A DNA stretch of 64,000 nucleotides from Arenicellales bacterium (GCA_965200645.1 CBDAUN010000003.1:1152968-1216967), one strand, 5' to 3'; shown: positions 39,452 through 51,645, counted from the stretch's first letter. Made by a program: numbers and translations. Notes: a model not told the origin generated them from the sequence alone.

Positions 39452-40402
39452 CTAAGAAGCAATTTTCGAATCAAGACCTCCAAAGTAATCTCGACATTGG
39501 ACAATATCCTGACGAATTTGATCATTCATCGTCTCTATAGTCGAAAACTTAACTTCTTCCCGAAGTTTCTTCAAAAACTTAACTTGAATGCGCTTGCCGT
39601 ATAAGTTGTGATTGAAGTCCAAAATGTGTGCTTCTAGGATTAGACGATTACCTCCTACGGTCGGACGCCAGCCTAAACTTGCTGCGGCAGGTAAACATCG
39701 CCCCGACTCTATTCCGCCGACTTCCGCAACAAACACGCCAGTCATAGGCGGGTTCTGACTTTGTGGAATAATGTTGGCAGTGGCGAATCCCCAGTTCGAA
39801 GCGTTGCCATTGCCTCTGACAACTCGCCCCGACATCGAATACTCTCTCCCAAGATATCTGGCAGCTAAGGCAAGCTGTCCAGACTTGAGCAGTTCTCGAA
39901 TTGTCGTACTGCTGACCCGCTCAGAACCAATCATAAATGAGTTGGTCTTTTCGACGCTGACGCCCAACTTTGTACACCGAGTGTGTAACATTTCAAAATT
40001 TCCACGGCGATTTCGGCCAAAACGAAAATCATCCCCAACTACAATGTGTCGGGCACCTAGTTTCTCAATCAGTAGATTGGAAATAAATTCTTCCGGTTCA
40101 GTGTTCGCCAGATTATGATCAAAGCGTAAGCAACAGAATCGATCAACCCCTAAGTCTGCCATTGCTTCAAACTTTTCACGCACCGTCATCAAACGAGGAG
40201 GGGCACGGTCCGGCACGAAGAACTCCATCGGATGCGGCTCAAAACTAATAATGGCAACGGCCAACTTCAACCGCGCCCCAGTTTTCGCCAGCGAACGAAT
40301 GACCTGCTGGTGACCCAAATGAATTCCATCATAGTTTCCAACTGAAACTACACAACCGTGATGCTGCGGTCGAATATTGTGAACTCCGCGTATGAATTCC
40401 AT
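39452..40402 (-). CDS. ribF: Bifunctional riboflavin kinase/FMN adenylyltransferase
   Basis: FMNAT motifs VSVGNYDGIHLGHQ and SFEPHP, plus a riboflavin kinase C-terminal domain (GFATANI, PMTGVFV, LEAHILDF). Confidence 0.93.
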   Translation of the reverse strand: MEFIRGVHNIRPQHHGCVVSVGNYDGIHLGHQQVIRSLAKTGARLKLAVAIISFEPHPMEFFVPDRAPPRLMTVREKFEAMADLGVDRFCCLRFDHNLANTEPEEFISNLLIEKLGARHIVVGDDFRFGRNRRGNFEMLHTRCTKLGVSVEKTNSFMIGSERVSSTTIRELLKSGQLALAARYLGREYSMSGRVVRGNGNASNWGFATANIIPQSQNPPMTGVFVAEVGGIESGRCLPAAASLGWRPTVGGNRLILEAHILDFNHNLYGKRIQVKFLKKLREEVKFSTIETMNDQIRQDIVQCRDYFGGLDSKIAS

Positions 40403-40478
40403 AAAGAACTACATGAAGAATTAAATTTGATAGGCAGGCCGGTTGTGAACTGTCCGAATGGACTGTGTTCAATCTAAA

Positions 40479-40892
40479 CTACGCCCAGTCCGGTCGAATT
40501 TGCTCGATCACCTCTTCGACCGGCTCGCGCGTTGCAAATCCGCCGGTATATTCATGAAAATGAGATACCTTCAACTCTGGATACTTCCAACACAGATATC
40601 CGTCTCCGGTATCGAAATCCAAAAGCCATAGCCCCTTCACTGTCACCCCAAATCGCTCCATTTTCGACACCCACTTCCTGACGATCTCTTCGTACTGTGC
40701 CTCTACTTTCTTGAGTCGTGGATCATTGGGCAACAGGTTCGCTAGTTCACGTCGAACCAAATCCAATTGTTTATAGGATTCCGAAGTGATTGCTTTGATC
40801 GCAGGAAGTACAGAATTTGCTTCGCAGAGAGTGAAATATCGAGTCTCGCCTGGGGAGACTAGGTGGACTAATTTCTCAACTGTGTCACTCAT
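40479..40892 (-). CDS. DUF2203-like small conserved protein
   Basis: YFTLCEANSVLP..., LLDFDTGDGYLCWKYPELKVSHFHEYTGGFATREP resembles DUF2203 from memory. The ATG at 40892 overlaps the murJ stop as ATGA and is preferred to the track's start at 40937. Confidence 0.55.
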   Translation of the reverse strand: MSDTVEKLVHLVSPGETRYFTLCEANSVLPAIKAITSESYKQLDLVRRELANLLPNDPRLKKVEAQYEEIVRKWVSKMERFGVTVKGLWLLDFDTGDGYLCWKYPELKVSHFHEYTGGFATREPVEEVIEQIRPDWA

Positions 40893-42472
40893 CTGGGCAT
40901 TCGCTTGTGGACACGAACTCCGAGTACAAATAGGCAAACGAAATAAATGACTGCACCTAAAACAACCAAAAGTGTAAGATTAAAAATCCGCTCCCAAATA
41001 CTGTATTCCAACCATATTGAAGGTTGTGATTTAAACCACCATAATGCCAATCCCATTATAGTAGAAGCACCTCCAACCTTAATTAAAAACATAGTCCAAC
41101 CCGGCAGAGGGATGTAGACATTTTGCCTCATCAACAGTACCATCAATATCCCTGCATTTATGAATGCCGCAATAGATGTTGCTAATGCCAATCCAACATG
41201 CTCTAGAAATTGCACGAGCACGATAGCGAGAATTGCATTGGCAACCATGGCGACCACTCCTGCGTTGACCGGTGTTTTTGTGTTGTTGCGGGCAAAAAAG
41301 CCCGGAGACAGCACTCGAACGGCCATTAACCCTGTCAATCCGATTGCATAAGCTAATAACGCGTTTGAAGACATTACAACATCCGTAGCAGTAAATTCAC
41401 CGTAGAAGAACAGCGTCGTCATCATGGGTTCGGCCAACACAATCAAACCGGCAGTGGACGGGAACGCAATGATTAAGCACCAGCGCATCCCCCAATTGAG
41501 CAAAGAAGAGAACTCCTCCTTGTTGTGTTCAGCGTGCACTTTGGACAGTCGCGGTAAAATGACTGTACCGATTGCCACTCCAAACACACCAAGTGGAAAC
41601 TCCATCAACCTATCGGAATAGTACAGCCATGACACACTACCTGTCACTAAAAATGAAGCAATAAAAGTATTGATGACTAGATTTAGCTGAGCAACCGAAC
41701 TACCAAAGATCGCAGGAAGCATAAGTCGCTTGACCTCACGCACACCTTCGCGGGATTCGGGGTCATTTTTCAGCCGAATTCGCGGTACGGGCATCACCTT
41801 TTTTTGAAGCATGAAGGGTAACTGAAAGACTAGCTGAATCACTCCGGCGGCAAATACCCCAATCGATATAGCAATGGCGGCATTTTCTACGAAACCTGTC
41901 AGCCAAAGTGCGGCTCCAATCAAAGTAAGATTGAGCAATACTGGACTAAAGGCAGGCGAAGCAAAGTGTCCGTAGGTGTTAAGTACGGCAGCACTCATCG
42001 CTACCATACAAACAAAAAACATGTAAGGAAACGTCAACCTCAAACATTCAACCGTTAGATTGAATTTTTCTGGTTCCGCCCTAAACCCAGGTGCCAATGC
42101 AGAAATCAATAGTGGCGCTGTAGCGACACCGATGATTACAAGAAGTACCAATATAAATCCGAGCCGACCGGTAACTAAATTCACGAACCGGCGAACATCT
42201 TCCGGCGGTCTAGATAGTTTTTGTTGGGTATAAACCGGTACGAAGGCGGCTGAAAATGCACCTTCACCGAAAATTCTGCGAAAGAAGTTTGGAATTCGAA
42301 AAGCAACAAAAAATGCGTCAGCAAGAAATGTGCTCCCTACCAAATTGGCGAGTATGATGTCGCGAGCCAAGCCACTGGCACGAGACAACGTTGTCATCGA
42401 TCCAAAAACAGCCGTCGATTTCAGCAATCCCTTTGATCCAGATTGGATCTTGCTTTCTGAGTTTTCACTCAT
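40889..42472 (-). CDS. murJ: Lipid II flippase MurJ (MviN)
   Basis: 527 aa, 14-TM MOP-superfamily profile with an N-terminal LLKSTAVFGSMTTLSRASGLARD. It is divergent from rpsT as in most gammaproteobacteria. Confidence 0.9.
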   Translation of the reverse strand: MSENSESKIQSGSKGLLKSTAVFGSMTTLSRASGLARDIILANLVGSTFLADAFFVAFRIPNFFRRIFGEGAFSAAFVPVYTQQKLSRPPEDVRRFVNLVTGRLGFILVLLVIIGVATAPLLISALAPGFRAEPEKFNLTVECLRLTFPYMFFVCMVAMSAAVLNTYGHFASPAFSPVLLNLTLIGAALWLTGFVENAAIAISIGVFAAGVIQLVFQLPFMLQKKVMPVPRIRLKNDPESREGVREVKRLMLPAIFGSSVAQLNLVINTFIASFLVTGSVSWLYYSDRLMEFPLGVFGVAIGTVILPRLSKVHAEHNKEEFSSLLNWGMRWCLIIAFPSTAGLIVLAEPMMTTLFFYGEFTATDVVMSSNALLAYAIGLTGLMAVRVLSPGFFARNNTKTPVNAGVVAMVANAILAIVLVQFLEHVGLALATSIAAFINAGILMVLLMRQNVYIPLPGWTMFLIKVGGASTIMGLALWWFKSQPSIWLEYSIWERIFNLTLLVVLGAVIYFVCLFVLGVRVHKRMPR

Positions 42473-42578
42473 TGTGCAAGTGCTGAAATGGAGGTAACAA
42501 GTGTGCTAGCGACACAAAATCTGTAGCATCTTTGAGGCTAATGTGAGGTCAGAATTTAAATATCTGAAACCAATGTTG

Positions 42579-42606
42579 TTGACTTTTCCGTAAAATAAAG
42601 TATTTT
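42579..42606 (+). promoter_or_regulatory. Candidate sigma70 promoter of rpsT
   Basis: TTGACT (42579-42584), a 16-nt spacer, then TATTTT (42601-42606), about 40 nt upstream of the TTG start. AGGA lies 11 nt before the start. Confidence 0.35.
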
Positions 42607-42645
42607 ACCTTTTTCATTAATTCACTAAACAGGATGTACTAGACA

Positions 42646-42918
42646 TTGGCTAATTCACCGCAAGCTCGCAAGCGAGCGCGACAAAATTCAAAACACAGAA
42701 GCCGCAACATGAGTGAACGTGCGGCGGTGCGTACCTACATCAAAAAGTTTTATAAGGCAATTGAGTCAAATGACTTACCGTCTTCCCAACAAGCCTACCG
42801 GGTCGCTTGTTCAAAAATTGACCGCAGTGCGCAAAAGGGTTTGCAACATCGAAACAAAGCAGCTCGACTTAAGAGTCGAATGAATGCTCGTTTGAAAATT
42901 CTAGCGACAGCCGCCTAG
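42646..42918 (+). CDS. rpsT: 30S ribosomal protein S20
   Basis: ANSPQARKRARQNSKHRSRNMS... is a basic 90-aa S20 sequence. It uses a TTG start, as is common for rpsT. Confidence 0.9.
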   Translation: MANSPQARKRARQNSKHRSRNMSERAAVRTYIKKFYKAIESNDLPSSQQAYRVACSKIDRSAQKGLQHRNKAARLKSRMNARLKILATAA

Positions 42919-42971
42919 ACCTACAAGTTTCAAATACGCTCCGGCTAATTCGCCAGACCCTACGCTCCAGG

Positions 42972-44303
42972 TTAGTTACCGTAAATCACCGAGGGTAGCC
43001 ACAACACGATTTGTGGGAACGCCATAATTACGGCTAAGCCAACAACTTGCAGGACCATAAACTGCATCATGCCGTAATAAATGTCCTTAAGGTCCCATTC
43101 AGGGACCACTCCCTTGAGAAAATAGGCAGACAAAGCCACAGGAGGTGACAGCCAGGCAGTTTGCAGGTTGACTGCTACCAATATTGCAAACCACAGTAAG
43201 CTGAATTCAAGTTGATTGACGAGGGGAATAAGAATCGGAACGATGATTAGTACGATGGGAACCCACTCCAGTGGCCAACCAAGCAGGAATATAACCGCCA
43301 TAATGATGATAAGGATCACATAGCGATTGACTTCCAAGTCGAGCAGAAACTCAGTCAGCATGGTTGGAGTTCCCAAACGGGAGAACACTGCACCGAAGAA
43401 GTTTGAAGCAGCGACCAGCAACATGATCAAGGCTGTAATTTCCAGCGTCTTAATCAAGGCATTAAAGAACTTACTCCAAGTTAACTTTCGGTAAGCCAGC
43501 GTCAATAATAATGCGCCGAACGCACCACAAGCTGCCCCTTCGGTTGGTGTAGCGAGCCCGAACATAATGCTTCCGAGTGCTGAAAACACCAATAGTGCTG
43601 GAGGAACAAGACCAAGGAAAAATTCTCTGAAAACTACCCCAATGTCCTTCGCCCGTTCGCTTTCCGGTAGAGTCGGACCCAATTTTGGGTTTATCCAGCA
43701 TCGAATAAGGGAGTAGGACGTATACATTAATGCCAGCATTAACCCTGGAATCACTGCACCGGCAAACAGGTCCGTGACAGGAATCTCCATCACCGGCCCC
43801 ATGACAACCAGCATAATGCTTGGTGGAATGAGTATTCCCAAGGTGCCTCCTGCTGTAATCGTTCCTGCAGCAAGGCGCACGTCATAATGCGACCGATTCA
43901 TAGTCTTTGCGGCCATAATTCCCAAAATGGTCACCGAAGCACCAACAATTCCAGTTGCGGCGGCGAATATCGTAGAGACGAACAGTACCGCGATATAAAG
44001 AGCCCCACGTACGCGAGACAACATCAACTGGACAGCTGTAAACAACCGCTCCATCAATCCGGCGGCCTCCATCATAATGCCCATAAATATGAACAGTGGT
44101 ACAGCTGCAAGGGTTTGTTCCATCATTACGGAAAAGAACTGGAAGGTCATCAAGTAGAAGACAACCTCACCAAAGCCGATATAACCAAAAACGAAACCAA
44201 GAAAAATCAAAGTAAACGAAATCGGAAAACCGACAAATATCGCGAACAACATGGCCGCGATTAGCAAGAATCCTAGAATCTCTGGAGCCACTAAGTTGGC
44301 CAC
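42972..44303 (-). CDS. TRAP transporter large permease (DctM family)
   Basis: 443-aa 12-TM protein with DctM-like segments (GFPISFTL, GTLGILIPPS). It overlaps the upstream DctQ gene by 13 nt. Confidence 0.9.
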   Translation of the reverse strand: MANLVAPEILGFLLIAAMLFAIFVGFPISFTLIFLGFVFGYIGFGEVVFYLMTFQFFSVMMEQTLAAVPLFIFMGIMMEAAGLMERLFTAVQLMLSRVRGALYIAVLFVSTIFAAATGIVGASVTILGIMAAKTMNRSHYDVRLAAGTITAGGTLGILIPPSIMLVVMGPVMEIPVTDLFAGAVIPGLMLALMYTSYSLIRCWINPKLGPTLPESERAKDIGVVFREFFLGLVPPALLVFSALGSIMFGLATPTEGAACGAFGALLLTLAYRKLTWSKFFNALIKTLEITALIMLLVAASNFFGAVFSRLGTPTMLTEFLLDLEVNRYVILIIIMAVIFLLGWPLEWVPIVLIIVPILIPLVNQLEFSLLWFAILVAVNLQTAWLSPPVALSAYFLKGVVPEWDLKDIYYGMMQFMVLQVVGLAVIMAFPQIVLWLPSVIYGN

Positions 44304-44902
44304 CTTCCGCGTGTAGCAGCGTAGATGCTCTTGAGCAACTCAGATACGCCTTGGACAATTAGAAAAAACACTCCAACAGGCAATGCCGATTTAATGGGGG
44401 CTACATAGGGCATCCAAGCCGTATCCATTCCTCTTTCTAACCGTACCCAGGAGACGCCTGCGAAGTCCATAGATGTCCAAAGGAAAACAAGCATACCCGG
44501 AAAGTACAGCAAAATGTAAAGCAGAGCATCGACGGTTCCCTGAACCTTAACAGAAAAATTGCGGTACAGAAAATCTGCCCTGATATGAACCCCTTTGGAT
44601 AGTGCGTATCCAGCACCGAGCATAAACAAGGCACCATAGAGCATTCTGCTGATGTCATACACCCACATCGTCGGTGCAACGAATACGTAACGTGCTACGA
44701 CCTCGTAGACCATCGCAACAAATATAGGCACTGTCAGAAGACAAACGACTCGTCCGACCCACAGACTGAACGTATCGATCCACTTAATCGTGAAGGCCAT
44801 CCACGGTGGCATATCCTCGGGTAATTCACCTGGAGATCCCGAACGCCGTTCGGCGATCATCTCATCGGTGATATCAGAAATTTCCGGGCGATGTTCGGCC
44901 AT
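44291..44902 (-). CDS. TRAP transporter small permease (DctQ family)
   Basis: 203 aa with 4 TM segments, located between the DctP and DctM genes. Confidence 0.8.
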   Translation of the reverse strand: MAEHRPEISDITDEMIAERRSGSPGELPEDMPPWMAFTIKWIDTFSLWVGRVVCLLTVPIFVAMVYEVVARYVFVAPTMWVYDISRMLYGALFMLGAGYALSKGVHIRADFLYRNFSVKVQGTVDALLYILLYFPGMLVFLWTSMDFAGVSWVRLERGMDTAWMPYVAPIKSALPVGVFFLIVQGVSELLKSIYAATRGRWPT

Positions 44903-44976
44903 GGAAACCTATTTGAATCCGCTGAGAATTATTAAACTCTCGATCTGAGAAAAAGGAAGTTGAAAGATGCAATTGC

Positions 44977-45005
44977 AATGCGAGCCACCATCCTTGACTC
45001 GCATT
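44977..45005 (-). terminator. Hairpin after the DctP-family gene (intra-operon)
   Basis: aatgcgag-N13-ctcgcatt forms an 8-bp stem 24 nt downstream of the dctP stop and before dctQ. It has no strong U-tract. Confidence 0.35.
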
Positions 45006-45028
45006 ACATTAATTGAGTTAGTTCTCGT

Positions 45029-46126
45029 TTATTTTTGCTTAGCGTATGCCTGACCAAGATTGGCGTTAGTGGTTTGAGCACCTGCCCAGAATGGAACTGC
45101 GATATCAGCAAATTCCTTCATTGAGTTCCAAACTTCGTTAAAGAAGGGACTTTCAGCCTTGTATTTGTCCATGCTATTGTGAACAGCATTCATATACTCA
45201 GTGAAGTAGTCGGCAGGCGTATCTCGAAGAATGACCCCATGATTATCTGTAAGATCCTTCAGTGCCTTACCGTTTTCATAAATTCGATAAGCCAAGGACT
45301 GGATAAGCGACGCATCCGCAGAAACTTCCATCACATTTTGTGCGTGAGGGGAAAGGCTGTTCCAAACATCCTTATTAATGTATAGGTCAGCGTTAACAAC
45401 GACTTGATGCAGACCTTGCAGATAGTAGTTCTTCAAGACTTTTTGAAATCCAAATACAGAATCAGGTTTCGGACAACACCATTCGGCAGCATCAATCGTG
45501 CCTTTTTCCAATGCTGGGAGAATGTCTCCACCACCCATCGCTACGGCAGCAATACCAATATCCTTGTAGGTTTGACCTGGAATGCCCGGAGGTGTTCTGA
45601 AGCGATATTTACGGAAGTCTTCCATGCTGTTGATCGGTTCTTTGAACCAACCCAGTGCTTCAGGGCCAACTGGTTGTAGCATCAAACCTTTGACGTTCAT
45701 TCCCATTTCATCCCATAAACGGTCGTAAAGTTCTTTACCTCCGCCTTCCATGTACCAGGAAATCCAAGCAATGTTGTCGATTCCTAAACCAGCACCAGCG
45801 GTTGGCGAACCAAATAGGGTTGCAGCTGGGTGATAGCCTGACCAATAGTGAGTCCATGCGAATCCACCGTCGATAAGACCTTTATCAACTGCTTCCAGAG
45901 TTTCCTTCACGCCAACCACTGCACCAGCTGGTAGAACTTCAAGAGTTACCTCACCATTAGTGAGAGCTGTCACATTGTCGCCGTACCGCTTCAACATAAC
46001 GGTTTCATCGGCAGTTACTGGGATTACAGATTGAACCTTAATATTTGTCGCTGCTTGTACAAAACTCGGGATAGCGAGGACTAGCACGAAACCAATCGCT
46101 CCAGCGACACGTTTGAATTGAGACAT
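45029..46126 (-). CDS. TRAP transporter substrate-binding protein (DctP family, COG4663-like)
   Basis: Signal peptide MSQFKRVAGAIGFVLVLAIPSFVQA. The ATG at 46126 is preceded by GAGGAGG, so I prefer it to the track's TTG at 46162. The gene is followed by dctQ and dctM. Confidence 0.85.
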   Translation of the reverse strand: MSQFKRVAGAIGFVLVLAIPSFVQAATNIKVQSVIPVTADETVMLKRYGDNVTALTNGEVTLEVLPAGAVVGVKETLEAVDKGLIDGGFAWTHYWSGYHPAATLFGSPTAGAGLGIDNIAWISWYMEGGGKELYDRLWDEMGMNVKGLMLQPVGPEALGWFKEPINSMEDFRKYRFRTPPGIPGQTYKDIGIAAVAMGGGDILPALEKGTIDAAEWCCPKPDSVFGFQKVLKNYYLQGLHQVVVNADLYINKDVWNSLSPHAQNVMEVSADASLIQSLAYRIYENGKALKDLTDNHGVILRDTPADYFTEYMNAVHNSMDKYKAESPFFNEVWNSMKEFADIAVPFWAGAQTTNANLGQAYAKQK

Positions 46127-46390
46127 TAAAACCTCCTCAATAGATGACAATTTTTCAGGCAACAGATGATTAAGAAGTGAAAATAAAATATCACTACTCA
46201 GGTGTTGTTCTCAAAATTGCCGCTAACTATAAAATTATTATTGACCTAAAAGGAATTAAAAATATAGCACACTCATTGCATTCGTTTGAATCAATCTGAA
46301 TAGAGTCAACGGCGTAATACTTGAAATTTTGCGGGTTGCTTGACTGGACTTTGGCCTAATTCCAACCATAAAAGTTGAAATTTATGCGCT

Positions 46391-48874
<2,484 letters not shown>

Positions 48875-48900
48875 TTCAATATCCTTGAATTTATAGCTAG

Positions 48901-49266
48901 CTAAGTTTCATCTTCGTCGGATTCATCCGAGACTGCCCTGTCCGTTTGCAGTTCGATGCCTCCAAATTTAGTAATCTGAAGTTCAGTGTAATCCTGCCGA
49001 TGTCCTTGCGTGCGTCGGTAGTTCTTGCGACGCTTCATCTTGATAATCCGTATCTTCTTGCCTCGACCATGCTCAACGACTTTTGCAATTACTTCAAAAT
49101 CGTCCAAACGTGGTGCGCCAATCATGGGTTTATCCTGACCGGCTACCAAAAGAATATTAGCCAAGGGTATCTCCGAGCCTACATCCACATCAAGCCGTTC
49201 GACGCGGATTGTTTCGCCAAGCGCGACACGATGCTGCTTTCCACCGGATTCAATGATTGCGTACAT
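48901..49266 (-). CDS. rplU: 50S ribosomal protein L21 (with an acidic C-terminal tail)
   Basis: [14 protein letters not shown]... is a canonical L21 sequence. An extra ~18-residue tail reads [13 protein letters not shown]. Confidence 0.93.
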   Translation of the reverse strand: MYAIIESGGKQHRVALGETIRVERLDVDVGSEIPLANILLVAGQDKPMIGAPRLDDFEVIAKVVEHGRGKKIRIIKMKRRKNYRRTQGHRQDYTELQITKFGGIELQTDRAVSDESDEDET

Positions 49267-49327
49267 GATTAATCTTTAACGTTAACAGAAAAGGTTGTTG
49301 AATAAATCGGAAAAGATGAAGCCGTAA

Positions 49328-49356
49328 AATATACTTGCAAACGTTCAATTCGTCAA
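49328..49356 (-). promoter_or_regulatory. Candidate sigma70 promoter of rplU-rpmA
   Basis: On the minus strand: TTGACG (49356-49351), a 17-nt spacer, then TATATT (49333-49328), about 60 nt upstream of the rplU ATG. Confidence 0.45.
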
Positions 49357-49393
49357 AGAATTTCTGCACTTTCAAAAAGTTCTACCGTCATAG

Positions 49394-50140
49394 ATGACTG
49401 TCAATATTGTTACGATTAAATGGGGAACGTTGTACGGTCCCGAGTATGTTAATCATCTTCGATTTAGCGTTGAACGAAACTTGTCCATTCCATTTCGATT
49501 TTTGTGTTTTACAGATGATGACACTGGTCTGAATGATGGCATCGAAGTTTTTCCGCTTCCTTCAATCAAAATTCCAAATGTGCCTACTCGTTCATCCAAC
49601 TGGCGAAAGCTAGGCTTGTACCAAGCCGGAATCGGTAACATGGAAGGCGCTTGTCTATATATGGATTTGGATATTGTTGTCGTCGATTCCATAGATTGCT
49701 TTTTTGACTATGAACCCAATCAATTTTGTGCAGTTAGCGAGTGGATTCAAACCCATCGCAAAATCATTGCCAAGCGACCCGAAGAATTCAACACTTCTGT
49801 ATTTAGGTTTCAGGCAAATACCACACAGAAAATCGTCGATCGCTTTCAGCGTGAAGGCGAGTTCATATTGCAACATTTTCGAAGGGAACAACAATTTGTA
49901 ACAGACACAATCAAGCAGGACATTAAAGCCTGGCCGCGAGACTGGGTGGTGAGTTTCAAATACCACTGCCTGCCTGCCTTTCCGCTAAACTTGTTACAAA
50001 CACCGATACTACCTTCAACCGCGAAGATTGTCGCGTTTCATGGCAACCCTAATCCGGATCAGGCTGCAGTCGGATTTAGTGATGGCCCATGGCATCGCAA
50101 ATGTCCTGCAACACCTTGGATACAAGAACACTGGCGCTGA
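49394..50140 (+). CDS. Putative GT-A-fold glycosyltransferase-like protein, paralog 1
   Basis: 248 aa with VNIVTIKWGTLYGPEYVNHL...FRFLCFTDD and a DxD-like LYMDLDIVVVDSID. The fold assignment comes from motif pattern only. Confidence 0.5.
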   Translation: MTVNIVTIKWGTLYGPEYVNHLRFSVERNLSIPFRFLCFTDDDTGLNDGIEVFPLPSIKIPNVPTRSSNWRKLGLYQAGIGNMEGACLYMDLDIVVVDSIDCFFDYEPNQFCAVSEWIQTHRKIIAKRPEEFNTSVFRFQANTTQKIVDRFQREGEFILQHFRREQQFVTDTIKQDIKAWPRDWVVSFKYHCLPAFPLNLLQTPILPSTAKIVAFHGNPNPDQAAVGFSDGPWHRKCPATPWIQEHWR

Positions 50141-50149
50141 GTTTACCTG

Positions 50150-50911
50150 ATGAGTGTCAATGTAGTATGTATGAAATGGGGCGCCCTGTACGGAGCCCAC
50201 TATGTCAACAGGCTGTATCACGGCGTGCGACGTAATATGCAAAGACCATTCAGATTTGTCTGCTTTACCGATGATACAAATGGCATTATAGATGATGTGG
50301 AGTGTCACCCACTTCCATCAGTTGAGTTTTCTGACGCCGAAGAGGATCGAAGATGGCTTAAGCTCGGTGTGCTTCGAAAAGATATCGCCGACTTAAAAGG
50401 TGCTACTCTGTTTCTTGATTTGGACGTCGTGGTGATTGATTCGATAGACGACTTTTTTGATTACGAACCTGGTACATTTTGTATTAGTCATGACTGGTGG
50501 ATGCCGTATAAGCACCTTATCTCAGAGGTGATGAAAAGACCAAAAGTGGGCAACACTTCAGTATTTCGATTTGAAGCCGGCTCTATGAACTTTATTGTAG
50601 AAAAGTTCGAAGAACACTCTACTGAGGTGTTGCAGCAATTTGCACTTGAACAGGCCTATATTACTCATGAAGTGGGTAATCGAATTCGCTGGTGGCCTCA
50701 ACAATGGGTTAGTAGTTTTCGAAGACATTGCCGACCGGTATTTCCGATGAATTTACTGGTATCTCCTTCGATTCGAGCAGGAACTCGAATCGTAGCGTTT
50801 CACGGACTACCAAAACTGGACCAGGCCGCAAAAGGTTACATGACCCGCTATCCGCATAAGATTTGTCGTCCAAGCCCTTGGATTTCAGAGCACTGGCGAA
50901 CCGACGATTAG
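50150..50911 (+). CDS. Putative GT-A-fold glycosyltransferase-like protein, paralog 2
   Basis: 253 aa, colinear with paralog 1 (VNVVCMKWGALYGAHYVNRL...FRFVCFTDD, LFLDLDVVVIDSID, NTSVFRF, IVAFHG, PWI.EHWR). It starts 9 nt after paralog 1. Confidence 0.5.
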   Translation: MSVNVVCMKWGALYGAHYVNRLYHGVRRNMQRPFRFVCFTDDTNGIIDDVECHPLPSVEFSDAEEDRRWLKLGVLRKDIADLKGATLFLDLDVVVIDSIDDFFDYEPGTFCISHDWWMPYKHLISEVMKRPKVGNTSVFRFEAGSMNFIVEKFEEHSTEVLQQFALEQAYITHEVGNRIRWWPQQWVSSFRRHCRPVFPMNLLVSPSIRAGTRIVAFHGLPKLDQAAKGYMTRYPHKICRPSPWISEHWRTDD

Positions 50912-50939
50912 TTCAGCGGAGAAGTTGAATATAAAGCTT

Positions 50940-51593
50940 CTAATCTTTTGCGGAATTAGGTCTGCTGTAAACCACACGTACTTCACGCAGAAACTGAGAT
51001 TTGCCGCCGTGACTGGGATGCCTAACCTGAATATGCTGTCGGTTACCACAAAGTTTACTCACTGCTAACCCAGCATCATTGCCCAAAGATAGCAGCATTT
51101 TCGGGTTCAACATATCTAACAACTCCACTAACACTTCTTCACCAACCTGCCGTTCGTGAGAATTGAATTTTCGGTTCGATAGCGAGTTGTCCCAATTGTG
51201 TGGATGCAGAGGAAATACGTTCCATAAGAACACACAGTTATCTATGTCTGATAGTGCCTGCCAGACAAATGTTGCCGTCTGTTCTTTAGTCTGTTGTCCT
51301 TTGGTTGGACTAACTGTTGCAACGTCCCATCGGTCTCCATGACGACGCAAATTGACATCATCAGTCAATGCCAATCCACTTCGCCTTCCACCCCGGTATC
51401 CCAGTTCCCGACCAACCCACAGCGCGTCTATTTGCGAATTGACCGCTCGGTTCAGTATTTTGCGCAGGACCCTTCGACGTAATAGCGGTGCTCGAGCAAA
51501 GTCATGCACCGAACACAAGTCTGCGTATGGATTGAAAACGTTTTCGAACTTTAAGTTGGAAAGTTCCTCAACAAACTGCTTTGGGGTCATCAA
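50940..51593 (-). CDS. Uracil-DNA glycosylase-superfamily-like protein with a divergent motif A
   Basis: 217 aa. WVGRELGYRGGRRSGLALTDD aligns by eye with UDG motif A (G-x-x-P-G...TG-x-PF-T), and VRHPSHGG matches the HPS motif B. The family call rests on motif pattern only. Confidence 0.5.
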   Translation of the reverse strand: MMTPKQFVEELSNLKFENVFNPYADLCSVHDFARAPLLRRRVLRKILNRAVNSQIDALWVGRELGYRGGRRSGLALTDDVNLRRHGDRWDVATVSPTKGQQTKEQTATFVWQALSDIDNCVFLWNVFPLHPHNWDNSLSNRKFNSHERQVGEEVLVELLDMLNPKMLLSLGNDAGLAVSKLCGNRQHIQVRHPSHGGKSQFLREVRVVYSRPNSAKD

Positions 51594-51645
51594 TGAGAAA
51601 GATTAGATGATTTTGGTTTGATGAATTTCACTGATCACCAGTCTA

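Noticed and set aside
39296-39604. Track ORF of 102 aa on the + strand.
   Set aside because: Its 3' half runs antisense through the well-supported ribF gene, and the sequence is low-complexity with no recognisable motif.
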